Positions 1 to 11,938 of a stretch of 64,000 nt of DNA are shown piece by piece. The DNA comes from Octopus sinensis. Taxonomy: Eukaryota. Location of the stretch: assembly GCF_006345805.1 (NCBI RefSeq), contig NC_042998.1, positions 186,248,001-186,312,000 of the forward strand, written 5' to 3'. The notes beneath the pieces are model-generated. The model saw only the letters and a program-made list of their open reading frames with translations, searched no databases and was not told where the DNA came from. Position 1 is the first letter of the stretch, and each line of letters opens with the position of its first letter. Made by a program: the position numbers and the translations under genes.

Positions 1-1538
1 AAGGAATTGGTAGTTTTTTTTTTTTTTTCATTCAGTGTATTTATAAATATGTTTTATCATCTTCTTGTCTTTAACATCTTTATGCTGTTAGAGTTAAGGT
101 TAATTCTATGTTTCATGTTGGCTGGAGCTGAAGGCAAACTGGACGTGTTAGCCAAGTACTTGCCTTCCAACAGGAAGAGAATGTGTCATAATGCTGAATA
201 AAACTGTATTATAGACATAGCAATAAAGGGATACTAGAATAATATTGCTTTTTCTATTGAGGGTTTAGGAAGAAAGCATACTAATCTCCACATAAGCCTC
301 AGAAAAGAGTCCAACATTAAATTAATATTTTATATACAGCAGATAAAATGTGAGAGTAATGAAATTATAGGATAATTATTACTTTTATATAGAATAAAAT
401 AAAATAAATTAAAAAGGCTTTTTAGAAATGTTTATTGCAGTTAAAAATAATAAAGAATAAAAATAATCATTGTAATAAGAATTTAAAGTAATCATTATAA
501 TGGAATCATTTTCATTTGTTGGATTTTTCTTTTTTTTTTGTGATAAAAATGCTTTTTTTTTCTTATCAAGTTTTGTTATTTCCAATTTTCTGTATAATTT
601 CTGCATGTTTTTATTTTGAAGTTATTGATAGCTATATGAGTTTTACCTATTCTATCCTAAATCCTTTGAACTTGTAATTTATGCTAAATGAATCTTTCAT
701 GTAAATTGACTTCCTTCTGTGCAAAGAAGATTTTCAAAGAGAGAAATTGAATTGCAACCCTTTTCAATCAGTTGCAAGACAGAACTCAAATGCTGCATAT
801 TTGATGCATGCCCAGTTTTAGTTATTGCATTTAGTTGTTTTGATTTATTATATTGTGTTACCTGTTTTTCTTTTAATGAGCCACATTTCACCAATAATAC
901 ACACACACACACACAAATTTTATGCAAACCAAAAATTTTAATTTTAAATCAGGTAGGAAATTGTTCCAGTATTTTCATGTATTTAACCTGTAAATTTATC
1001 TTTTATTAAGAAATCTTTGTCAAGTTACGTTCCTGCACATGCATGCACACACACGTGTACACACACACACACACATAAACACACGCACACAAACACACAA
1101 TTCAAAAACATGTAAGGTAATACATCGAAGTACAGCTAAAATGTCAGATCAATAATTGACCAGAATGGATAACAATTTAGATTGAACTATTTTCTCTTTT
1201 CCAGAATTTTACACTTTTATCATAAAATAACTAGTCATATCTTAAGTAAGATAACATCTTAACTAAGACTCACATTCCCCACTTACACCAATGTAAATAT
1301 ATATATTCATAATCCTCACTTAATATCAAATTTTCCATGCTCGTATGAGTCAGACAGAATTTGTTGAAGTAAAATTTCTACAGCTGGATGCCCTTCCTGT
1401 TGCTAACCTGCACCTGTTTCCAAGCAAGGTAACATTTCCCATGGTCAGACATATCTTGTCATGGATGGGAAGTGAACAACATTGCTTGTATGGCAATGAT
1501 GCTCATTTACAATCAACATGTGATGTCAAGACAAGGGT

Positions 1539-1589
<51 letters not shown>

Positions 1590-1790
1590 CACACATGTAC
1601 TATTATATATGATGGGCTCCTTTCAATTTCTGCCTACCAAATCTGCTTACAAGGCTTTGGTCAGCCGAGGGCTATAGTAGCAGACAATTGCCTAAGATAC
1701 TGCACAACTGGACTGAATCTGAGACTACATGATTGGGAAGCAAACTTCTTGACCACACACTTGACCATGCATATACACACACACACTGAC
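1590..1790 (-). mobile_element. Degraded tRNA-derived SINE (family A), partial
   Basis: Resembles the 15171-15589 and 48551-48915 copies (aaggctttggtcagccgagggctatagtag). Confidence 0.7.
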
Positions 1791-4036
1791 CACACAGGGC
1801 AAAAGTACTTTTACAAGTCCTCATTATAGTTAAAACACCACTTACATTTTAGCGATGTTTCTCACAGCAGTACCTCACCATATTTTAACTTAATGTCACA
1901 TATATTTTAATCGGTTGTGTTAAATTGAATAAAATTAGATATAATGATAAAAAATTATTTGCTTCTTTTCTTTTGTTGATTATTTTGTATCTATTTCTCG
2001 TTCACCATAACTCAGTGTTTTGCTACACATTGTGTCTCAAATGTCACACATACTCTGTCACACATACATTTAGTGACTTAGTTATCATGCACCCTCATTA
2101 GCCAGCATGTCTCTCTCTAGAAAGATTCTAACAGTCTATATTTGACTTGTAGACGTTTTTAGCTATATACTTATATTGACTTTGCATGCTTGTAATAGAT
2201 AGTTGGGTTGGAATACAGCAATTTTATTCTTAATAGTGAACTCAATGTTATTGTTTCAATTAGTTTTCTTTTAGCCTCAAGGATTATGTTTTAAAATTAT
2301 CCATAGTTTGTATAGTTTAATTTCATATTTAGTTTTAGTCTTTTAAATAGTATGTCATATTTACAATTTCTGGTTTAATATACGCGTTCCAGAATAATTG
2401 AGTTATAAAACTTCCCCATTTGTAAACAATCTTAAAATTCTTATTAAAATTATTTCCAAAAAAGTTTGAAATTATCACAGTTTACATATGCATTGTCCTC
2501 TGAAGGTCCCAGTTGCCCAGTATCATGTCATTATAAATATTATAGCTCACTTGCCTTTCTGTGTACAAGCTGTAATTTTTAATTCTTAACTAGTTTCTTG
2601 GCCCTGATCACCAATCAGCAGGTCTTTGTATTTCTCTTCAGTTTTCTTATTCGGTATTCTTTTGCAAGTAATTTATCAATTCCTTGAATGTTAAGATTTC
2701 ATTCATTTTAAAACAAAGTAGCAGGAATAGACAAGGAAGCATTCTTTTTGCTTCGTCAAATACAGGAATTACTTAATATTTATTTTTAACATATTTCTCC
2801 CTCTATACAAATTCTATTTTTTATATATTCTTGATTTATAAAAAAAGTAAAATAGATTTTTCATTTATATTTAACTTTTTTGCTACAGAATTTCTCTTGT
2901 GATATTTTATACACTTTCAGACTTTAATATTAAATATTCAGTAATTTTGTATTAAAACAGAATGCTGTACTTGATTGTAATTGGATTTGCTTCTTTTCCT
3001 TGGAAACTCTTGGACAGATTTGTCATTGATTCAGAAATCAGTAGTCATTGATTCAGAAATTCTGTATTTCTACCTTTGATACAAACTCTATATTTTACTG
3101 TTAGATGTGAAATAGTTATTTCAATTATGTTGTTGTCTAAAAATAGAAGCTTCTTTATTACACTCCATGGATTTATTTCACATCTTGTTGATGCCTATAA
3201 ATCTAATGATCTTTCCATGGATAACATGCTAATACATTTGGAATTAGTTAATTAAATCCTTCTTCTTTATTAACAGTTTCTGAAATCACTTTGATATTTT
3301 AGTTAGCTTTTGTAATGTTTAGTAGTCTAGATTAATTGCTGTATTCCTAAACACCCAGTTAGACACATAATAATTTAGGCTTTGGCATTTTATAATGCTA
3401 AGCTTTTTGTTCTGACACTTGTGTTATTGAAGACAACTACACAGACACACACACACATGTTATTGTGTGTATGTCTATGATTGCATTTGGTTCTTTCTCT
3501 TAGCTTTAAACATTTAGCCTTTATAAAATTTAATTCATGTTCAGTATCTGCTCTGAAAATAAAAACTGTGAAACTTATAGAGTCATTGTACTGCTTCATT
3601 GTACTTATAGAGTCATTGTACCATTTCATTGTACCTATAAGCCATTGTACTATTTCATTTAAAAAAAGTCAAGTAAACCATAACTATTTTGGATTTCTAT
3701 CATTTTTTTCTTTTTTTTTTTTTGTATATCTATAATTTGCTCATTACATTAAATAATATTTTCTTTCTTCATAGGCTATGCAATTTCTGTTTTATTTTAC
3801 ATGTCAAAACTTCAAAATAGAATTTAGGAAGAAAATTTCAATTCAAATTTGAGTTTATTTTATTTCTGGATTTATTTTATCCAAGGCTTACACCTTGTAT
3901 AGCCATTTTGTTTTTTGTTCTGGTTTTGTCTTAGACACTAGGATGTCTTACCACATACTGACAGTTTGTTTAATCACATTCCTGAAACTATATATATAGT
4001 AGTGGTGCACCTGAGCACTGTATACAATAATTTCAT

Positions 4037-4090
<54 letters not shown>

Positions 4091-6344
4091 TTTTGTCTTT
4101 GACCTATTAACTGTTGATATCTCATTTTCTTTATAATTGACCAACCTTTTTCATTAGCAAATTATTGTCTCTTTCCTAGTAATTTTGCAGTATTATTCTA
4201 ATTAATTGTTGTCGTTTACATAAATTTTAGATACGCTTGGCCCAGGAATATGTCCTTGGATCCTTGGGTGCCTTTAGCTGAATCTAGTAGTATTCAAGCC
4301 AGATTTACTGTTTGAAAACCCTCCCTTCCACCAGTCTCAGATATTCTGTAAAGACCCATGGGCATTATTCTTTCCTCACTACTAAGCAGCTCTATAAACT
4401 TTACCCTACCCATTGAGTTTAGTAATGTTTTACATTTAATGGCTATTTAGTTCATTTGTAATCATTCTGTTAATTTTTTCAAATTTTTTTTTTTCTTCTT
4501 TCAAAAATGTACAGAAGCAAGAAATGAGTTTTAGTCAGAAACAAAATTTAATCACTTCAAGCTATATTCTATAATATCCTCTTTAATAGTTAATTTATCT
4601 TTGTCTAACTCATATCTTTAAAACTATGTAACTATATAATAGAACTACTGGTGGAAAATGAGAAGAGAAATTAAGTTAATTGTGGGAGCCATGTAAGCTC
4701 TGGAAATTAGTTAAGCTTCTTGTAAATCAACTTTGGAACCCAGATTTAATTCCTCTTAAGTCATTTAATCTCACATCTTGTATCAGATAACCTGGAAAGG
4801 GTTTGAATTTGCCAGAAAATTTTTGACCTTGATATTATTCAAAGACAATTATTTCAGTGGTACCCAAATGATCCACTTGGACATTTTCACTTTATATACT
4901 TTCCTATACAAGTTACTTATAGCAGTGTTAATATCTCTTACATGAGTACAATATTAACTGACTTATTACCCATTTTATTTCTGAGCTTGAATTCCTACAG
5001 AGGTGGATTTTATTTTCTGTCAATTAGACAAGCACTAATAATAGAATAGGATAAAGTTTACCAAACTGTACACCCCACTACAAAAAATAATCTTGTCAAT
5101 AAATAGTTGTGTATGAATTGCATGGGTTTTTGGTTGTTATAATACTAAAATTAGCAGGTCTGGACATGAAAATGTGAACCATGTTTTATATCGTGTAGTT
5201 CTGTGCCCTTGTTTTCAATTTGGAACAACAGCTCTCAATCCTTTAGACTCTGTGCTGCACTACATGTCAAATACTTACTGGTACACTTTGCATGGAGAGT
5301 TGTTCTGAAGTTAAACATTTTGATCAAATACAAAAATATAACTATATTTTATCAGTTATATTTGTGTATAACAAAATTACAAATAATGTTTTTACAAACA
5401 CTCATGAATTACTACAGATTTTCTTAAGGCTTAAATTTATCATTGTCGTCGTTATTATTTTTGTTTGCTTTCTTTACTGATGTGCACAGGCCAGATTATC
5501 ATAATCTAAGTCAGTTCTTTTGGGGTTCCACTTACCTCATAAATGTGTTGTACATTAGATTGTTTGTTTCTTTTCTATAGCTGGATACCTTTCCTATTAT
5601 CAATTATTTTACAGAATGTATTGGGTGCATTTTATTACGGTACCTGTATTAGAAAAGATGTAATGTTTCCAGTAATATAAGAGTAAAGGTTTTGAAAACT
5701 TGAAATGCATCTACAGCACCGCAGTAAACCATTTGAGAGCCATTAGTTTTGAAAGTTCATAATTTCTATCTGAATTTTGTATTTATTTGATTTTTTTTAC
5801 AGTTTCAGTTATGGGTGTATCAAATACATGTGCTTTACTGTCGTCAGATTTTCTTAAGAAACATTCATATTGTTGTTTTCTAAGTCCCCCATAACAGACA
5901 TCATCATTTATTTTCAATTGAAAGAGAGTAAGTCAAATTAGAGGATTTTAATATCTTGGTCTGACACTTCCAATCACTAAATTCAATGCCTTCTTAGGTT
6001 AAAGATCAATGCACTAAATACTAGAAGACTAGTGAAATGAATTCAACTATTTCTTTCTATTCTAACTTTACAAAAAGCAGTTTTGCAATGTCATACAATT
6101 TCATTAAAAAATATATTGAATTAGGCTCTATTGGCCACAATATACTGCAAGATAAGTATCCCTAAATCAGCTTTTTCATTAATCCCTAGTCTTGCAAATT
6201 ATTTTGTTTATCTGTATTACTTCATCTCTCTTTCTCTCTCTCTCTCTCTCTCTCATATTCTTTTTTCTCACTACACATTCACTTATTTTCTCTGTTAAAT
6301 TCAGTCATTTATTTCATTTTACTCTTTCGTTGGTTATCATAGTC

Positions 6345-6640
6345 ATAAGAAGCTTCAGATGTGGTGTGCAAGAGAGACGACTGCGTTGGTATGGTTATGT
6401 GTTGTGTATGGATGAGGACAGCTGTGTGAAAAAATGTCACACCCTAGCCGTAGAGGGAACCTGTAGAAGAGGTAGACCTAGGAAGACCTGGGATCAGGTG
6501 GTGAAGCATGACCTTCAAACGTTGAACCTCACCAAGGTGATGACAAATGACTGAGACCTTTGGAGATATGCTATGTTTGAGAAGACCCGGCAAGCCAAGT
6601 GAGACCATAACCATGGCCTATGCCAGTGCAGCATAACCAG
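6345..6640 (+). mobile_element. RTE-clade LINE 3' fragment
   Basis: Translates [47 protein letters not shown], the typical RTE ORF C-terminus (RLRW.GH...RGRPR..W). Confidence 0.85.
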
Positions 6641-7252
6641 CCCATTTAAGAATACCCTTCAATCATTGGGCAATAAACTGCACTTGTGAGGACCTATTGA
6701 GGCAAGTGATGTCATTGTCATGGCCGATGACAGTACTGCCTGATTGGCACCCTTGCTGATGGTATGTAAAAAGCACCATTCGAGCATGATTGATGCTAGT
6801 GCTGGCTGACTGGTCCCATGCTTGTGGCATGTAAAAAGCACCATTTGAGCGTGATCGCTGCCAGTGCTGCCTGACTCCCATGCCGGTGGCATGTAAAAAG
6901 CACCATTCGAGCGTGGTTGATGCCAGTGGCAGCTGACTGTTCCCATGCCGGTGGCATGTAAAAAGCACCATTCGAATGTGATGGATGCCAGTGCCACCTG
7001 ACTGGCTCGTGTGCTAGTGGCTCGTAAAAAGCATCATTCAAGCATGGTCGATCCCAGTACCGCCTGACTGGCATGTAAAAGGCACCCACTACACTCTTGG
7101 AGTGGTTGACGTTAGGAAGGGCATCCAGCTGTAGAAACTTTGCCTGATTATATTGGAGCTTGGTGCAGCCTTCTGGCTTACCAGCCCTCAGTCAAACCAT
7201 CCAACCCATGCTAGCATGGAAAGTGGACATTAAGCAACAATGATGATGATGA
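6640..7252 (-). mobile_element. SINE-like repeat (family D) with internal ~63-bp tandem array
   Basis: Reverse complement of the catcatcat...ttccatgctagcatgggttgga...ggatgcccttcctaacg element seen at 21800, 23236, 43517. Confidence 0.8.
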
Positions 7253-8124
7253 TAAGATTGCTTTAAGAATAACTCATTTGCAATACTTTATCTTTTCAAC
7301 ATCCTCTAACATTAACCATTCCAAGGATGTTCTCTGTGGCTATCAACTATCTGCCATGCAGTTTTCTCTACATACAGACTATTTTAACCTCCCTGTTCAA
7401 TTTAATGTTTTTGATTCTAATATATTTTGACTCACATCTTGTCATCTTTGCCTCTGTTTAGTTTGGTTAATAATCATTGCTCATCACTGTTTACTTCTCC
7501 TTGCTCCAGATATAGTTTTAAAGCTCTCCTGTTCATTACATTGCGTTAGTATTTAATCCTTAGTTTTAGTCATTACTTTCAAGACCATACTGGGACATTA
7601 CACCACCTTCAATTCTCTACATCAGAATTATACATTTTACATCTAGTAACAGATCACACTCATTTTAGTTTTCTCTTGCACTTGTAGAACTCCTGCTTTC
7701 ATTTTCATACATGATCACTTCTATAAAACATGACTGTCACAACGATGTGTTTTTGTGTTTGTAGCAGTGACTATATGTTGCTTGTTTCACAGCTGTAATA
7801 CTAACTGCAAAGCAGTCACATACACGTAACTATAAGCGTCAATATCTGAACTTCACAATTTACACAATTAATATATACATTTATTTTACATTCTCAATCA
7901 TTTTGCAATATATTTTCCTCTCACTTCCACCTGTTCATTTAATATAAAATGCTTGTCATTTACAGATTCATTTATTCAACTTTTTCAAGTTTTTCTTATA
8001 TTCTCTCACCCCTCTTATTGCTCTCATATCCATACCATGTTACATGTAACTGGAGATTATCATCCACCATTGTATCTTTAAAATGTTGGAATCTAAAATA
8101 TATATCAATGATTTTTTCTTACAG

Positions 8125-8244
8125 ATTTTTGGATTACCTTTCTGACTTGTGCGTTTCCAATCAAGTTGCAATACCTATTACTCAAGAACTAATATGCAAA
8201 AGTATTCTTAGCCCAAATAATGCAGATATTCTCATTGAAACTCG
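8125..8244 (+). CDS. ITPR: ITPR exon w1 (R)[39 protein letters not shown](R)
   Basis: ttacag|A acceptor, CG|gtaaga donor; closely matches ITPR1 [12 protein letters not shown]...TQELICK. Confidence 0.97.
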
Positions 8245-10690
8245 GTAAGATGTTTGAAAAGCAATTTTTATGAAGATTGTATATATGTCTTAAACAGTTT
8301 TCTAAAAATTTTACTCCCTGTCATATTGTTGAAAATGGTGCTCACACTTTTATTGATAATAACTTTATCAAGCATGTTGACTGATGACTCTGTAATATAT
8401 CAAATTTAGTAATTAGTAGTTAAAAATTCAGTTCATGTCAATATAACCATTGATTTTTTTTTCTTTTCTGAACTTGAAAACATAGTTACATAAAACATGG
8501 AGTTATAGCTGGACATTGAACTTAATCACTTAACCTTAAAAGTATTATGTTAAAGCTTAAACATTGTATGCTGTCGTCTCTTTCTGCCTTTTCTACTGCT
8601 TCCACTGTCACCTCTTCTCCCTAATAAGGCTGGTCTCAACTCATTCTCCTAACTCACTCATCTCCCTTCCTATGATTATTACCCATATTGTTTCTCCCTC
8701 CACTAATTCCTACACTAATCATTGATCCAGCCCTTCCTAAAGTATCAACTTTCAGGAAGACCTTCCCTATTCATGATTTTCTACATCCTTTAACTTGGAA
8801 CTGCTGAGGGGGAATATAACTGCATGAGTCTTACTGGCTTGGAGAGCCTCCAGACCAATCTCAATAAAAAAGATATTTGATCAAAATAAACTTACTTCTT
8901 GCCTTTAAAATTGTGGTCTACATTACAGATGATACTGCAGTGCTATGCTTAAATATTGTAATAAATTCATTTTATATCAAGTAACTTTTTTAGTCTACTT
9001 CCTGGTTATTAATTTCTATTCCCTATTGCTACATAGAGAATTTTCTGACATTTCCAGGTCCTTTTCTCCTCCACATTTAGCTTTAGGTGAGGCAGAAGCT
9101 ATGAAAAATGTTTAAACCTGTTTGTCTTGTTTCTGTTTTAATCAATTAAGACAATAAATTGAAGCAATTACATCAGTTAATAACTATTTGAGTCATTTAA
9201 AGAAATGCACAAAATCAGTGAAATTCACTTTCCATTTATTTCTCGAAGTGTCAAAATTTTTGTTGCGCCACTGTTACCTGGGTCCTGACACATTTCCACT
9301 ACAACAGTGAGCAGATTGCAATAACCAGAAAAGTGAATTCAACAGTTTTGTAAATTTAATAGCTTTTCCATTGCTTCAGTTTCAATACATGGCCCTAAGT
9401 CAAATCACTTGTCCGATAAGTAAAAGTCTGAATTATATTGAAATCTTTCTTTATTATAATTTGTTTTTGGATTTGGCTTGCAAGATTCTTTATGAGTTCG
9501 TGTGTTGAAGCATATTCTGTTGTGTCTGGGGAGAGTCATTTTCTTTTTCTACCTTATAACGTAACACACTCACTAGTAAAATTTTCACTTTTTTCTTTTT
9601 TTTTTCCAAAAATTTTCATTGCGTCTTGCAAACCTTTTCAATATCATATTATATTTATTAATTATTTTTTCTCGCTGGCAAGAGTTATTTTTATGAATGA
9701 GAATATTGAAAACTTTGAATTATTTAAACTTGTAACTATTTTTTTTTTCTTTTTTTGATTTTGGCAGAATTGAAAAAACTGAAGTGGAAGTGGAAGTGGA
9801 GGTTGAGATTCAAGATCCTCATCAGGATGCCGGACAGGTAACCTCCTTTTTGGACACACAGGAAGAAGAAGATGTGATTCTTGTCTGGGACAATGATCCT
9901 AAACAAAAATCTATCCGTGAGCTAGCTTATGAAAAAGCTGAATGCATAGACAATAATGACAGAGATATTCTAGAATACTACAGGTAAGTCTGGATTCCAA
10001 TGACCAGACAAATATGACAATAAAAGACCACCCACCCTCCCACCTTCTGAAATAATCTAACTAGAAAGCCGACAAGGATGCAATTTCTACCTGACTTTTT
10101 GACATGCTATAAATAGCAAACTTCCCTTAAATCAGAACCCACCATTTTAGAGAAATGGAAGGACACATTAGATAATGTAGTCCAAGATGCTGCTATAAAG
10201 ATGAAATAGTCATACCTGGAAAGCCTTTAATCAAAGGCCTGCTTGATCAGAGTTGATCTGGGGCTCAACAACAACATAGCCATACCATAACAGAGGACAA
10301 ACCTAAATTATATATTTTAAAATATCCTTCTAATTAAAAGCAACTTCAAACCAGTTATTTACATATTTTCAGAGTTAATATAAAATAACTAATATTATAT
10401 GAAGAAATGTTTTAGGTTCTTCAGAATTTTCAGGATTAACAAATGTGCTAATAACATAAATATATATTTGTTAAAATTCATAATTTCTAGAATCTTTTAT
10501 TGAGATGTAATTTTTATCATACACTCAAAGAAATAAGGTGGTAAATTTCACAGAAACATAAAAGAATTGGATAAACTGCCTTATGGTATATGTTTCAGCC
10601 TCTTACATTGTGAGTTCATTTCCTGCTGAAGCCAACTTTGCCTTACTTTCTTAATAAACAAAGCACCAGTCTAGAGCAGTAGACTGGTGA

Positions 10691-10748
<58 letters not shown>

Positions 10749-11885
10749 ACATCAGATAGCATACTTTGTGGTATTTGTTCTGCTGCTTTGTATTCTGAGT
10801 TTAATCCTGTTACAGTATAAACAGATGAGAAACTTAATTCATTGCCTAGTTAAACACCACAACCTGGATGAACCTCAGATGCCTTTAACAGTCTTTTCTG
10901 TTGCAAGCATTCAGGCCAAGCCTCCAGTTAAAGGACAGCTTCCTTCACTCCCCACAATCAGCCTCAGAGGCCCCGTAAAAGGTAGGAAGTCATGGGTACT
11001 ACCTTTCTTCCCAAATAAGCAATGAGAAAAAGAAATATGTCACCTTCAAAATTTTATCTCATAGTCATATTGTCAACTGTTCCTTGTTAACCAAGTATTT
11101 TGTTTCTTTTTCTTTCTCATATTTTGAGCTAGGATTTCAGATGACCAAGAAAACTGACCCTTGCATAATACATGCTTGCATAAGTATGCACTTGATAAAC
11201 AAAGGTGGAAATAGTCGAAATTGCGATACTTTCCATCTTCGTTATTCTCCTTTTCATTTTTGCTCTGTTATTATTCAAACACTTCTGCAATAATTGAGAT
11301 GGTTTCATGCCATGGTTTGTGATCTGCTGCTTGTTCTCCCCAGGTTTTCAGGTCACTACTAGTCCTTTTCGTGGGCTATTTGAATTGATCTTTATAACAT
11401 CACAAGAAAACATTTACAGGATCTTTTGCCAGTGCTAAGTTGACTGCAAAGGATCTGGTGGAGAAAGGCTGCGAGCTGGCTGAAACGGTAGCATGCCAGG
11501 TGAAATACTTAGTAACATTTCATCTATCTTCGTGTTCTGAGTTCAAATTCCGCCAAGGTCAGTTTTACCTTTCAACCTTTCAGGGTTGATAAATTAAGTA
11601 CTAGTTGCATACTGGAGTCAATCTAATCGACTAGCTCCCTCCCCAAAAATTTTGGACCTTGTGCCTAGAGTAGAAAAGTATCTGGGGGAGAAGTCTGGTT
11701 TTACTCATATTATCTACATTCTTAATAATAATAATAATAATCTTTTCTGGTACTTAATTTATTGACCCTGAATAGATAAAAGGCTAAGTTGGCCTTGGCG
11801 GAATTTTAAACTCAGAACGTAGCAGCAGACGAAATACTTTTAAGCATTTTGCCCACCATGCTAACAATTCTGCCAGCTCAGCACC

Positions 11886-11938
<53 letters not shown>

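Noticed and set aside
3751-3810. ATAGGCTAT (IGY) as the upstream ITPR exon
   Set aside because: Only three residues match IGYDVLAEDT; the frame then diverges and stops
5790-5850. Minus-strand CUGACGA...ACU-GAAA-CUGUA
   Set aside because: Stem III has a one-nucleotide loop and is not palindromic, with no stem I; similar partial hits at 41226, 46285, 51000 and 60527 also fail
6760-7090. CRISPR-like repeat array
   Set aside because: Units are tandem and diverged with no unique spacers; the array is inside a eukaryotic SINE-like element
9838-9861. Internal GT...AG in exon w2 (CAG|GTAACC...ACACAG|GAA)
   Set aside because: A 24-nt intron is too short for normal spliceosomal removal, and either site used alone breaks the phase
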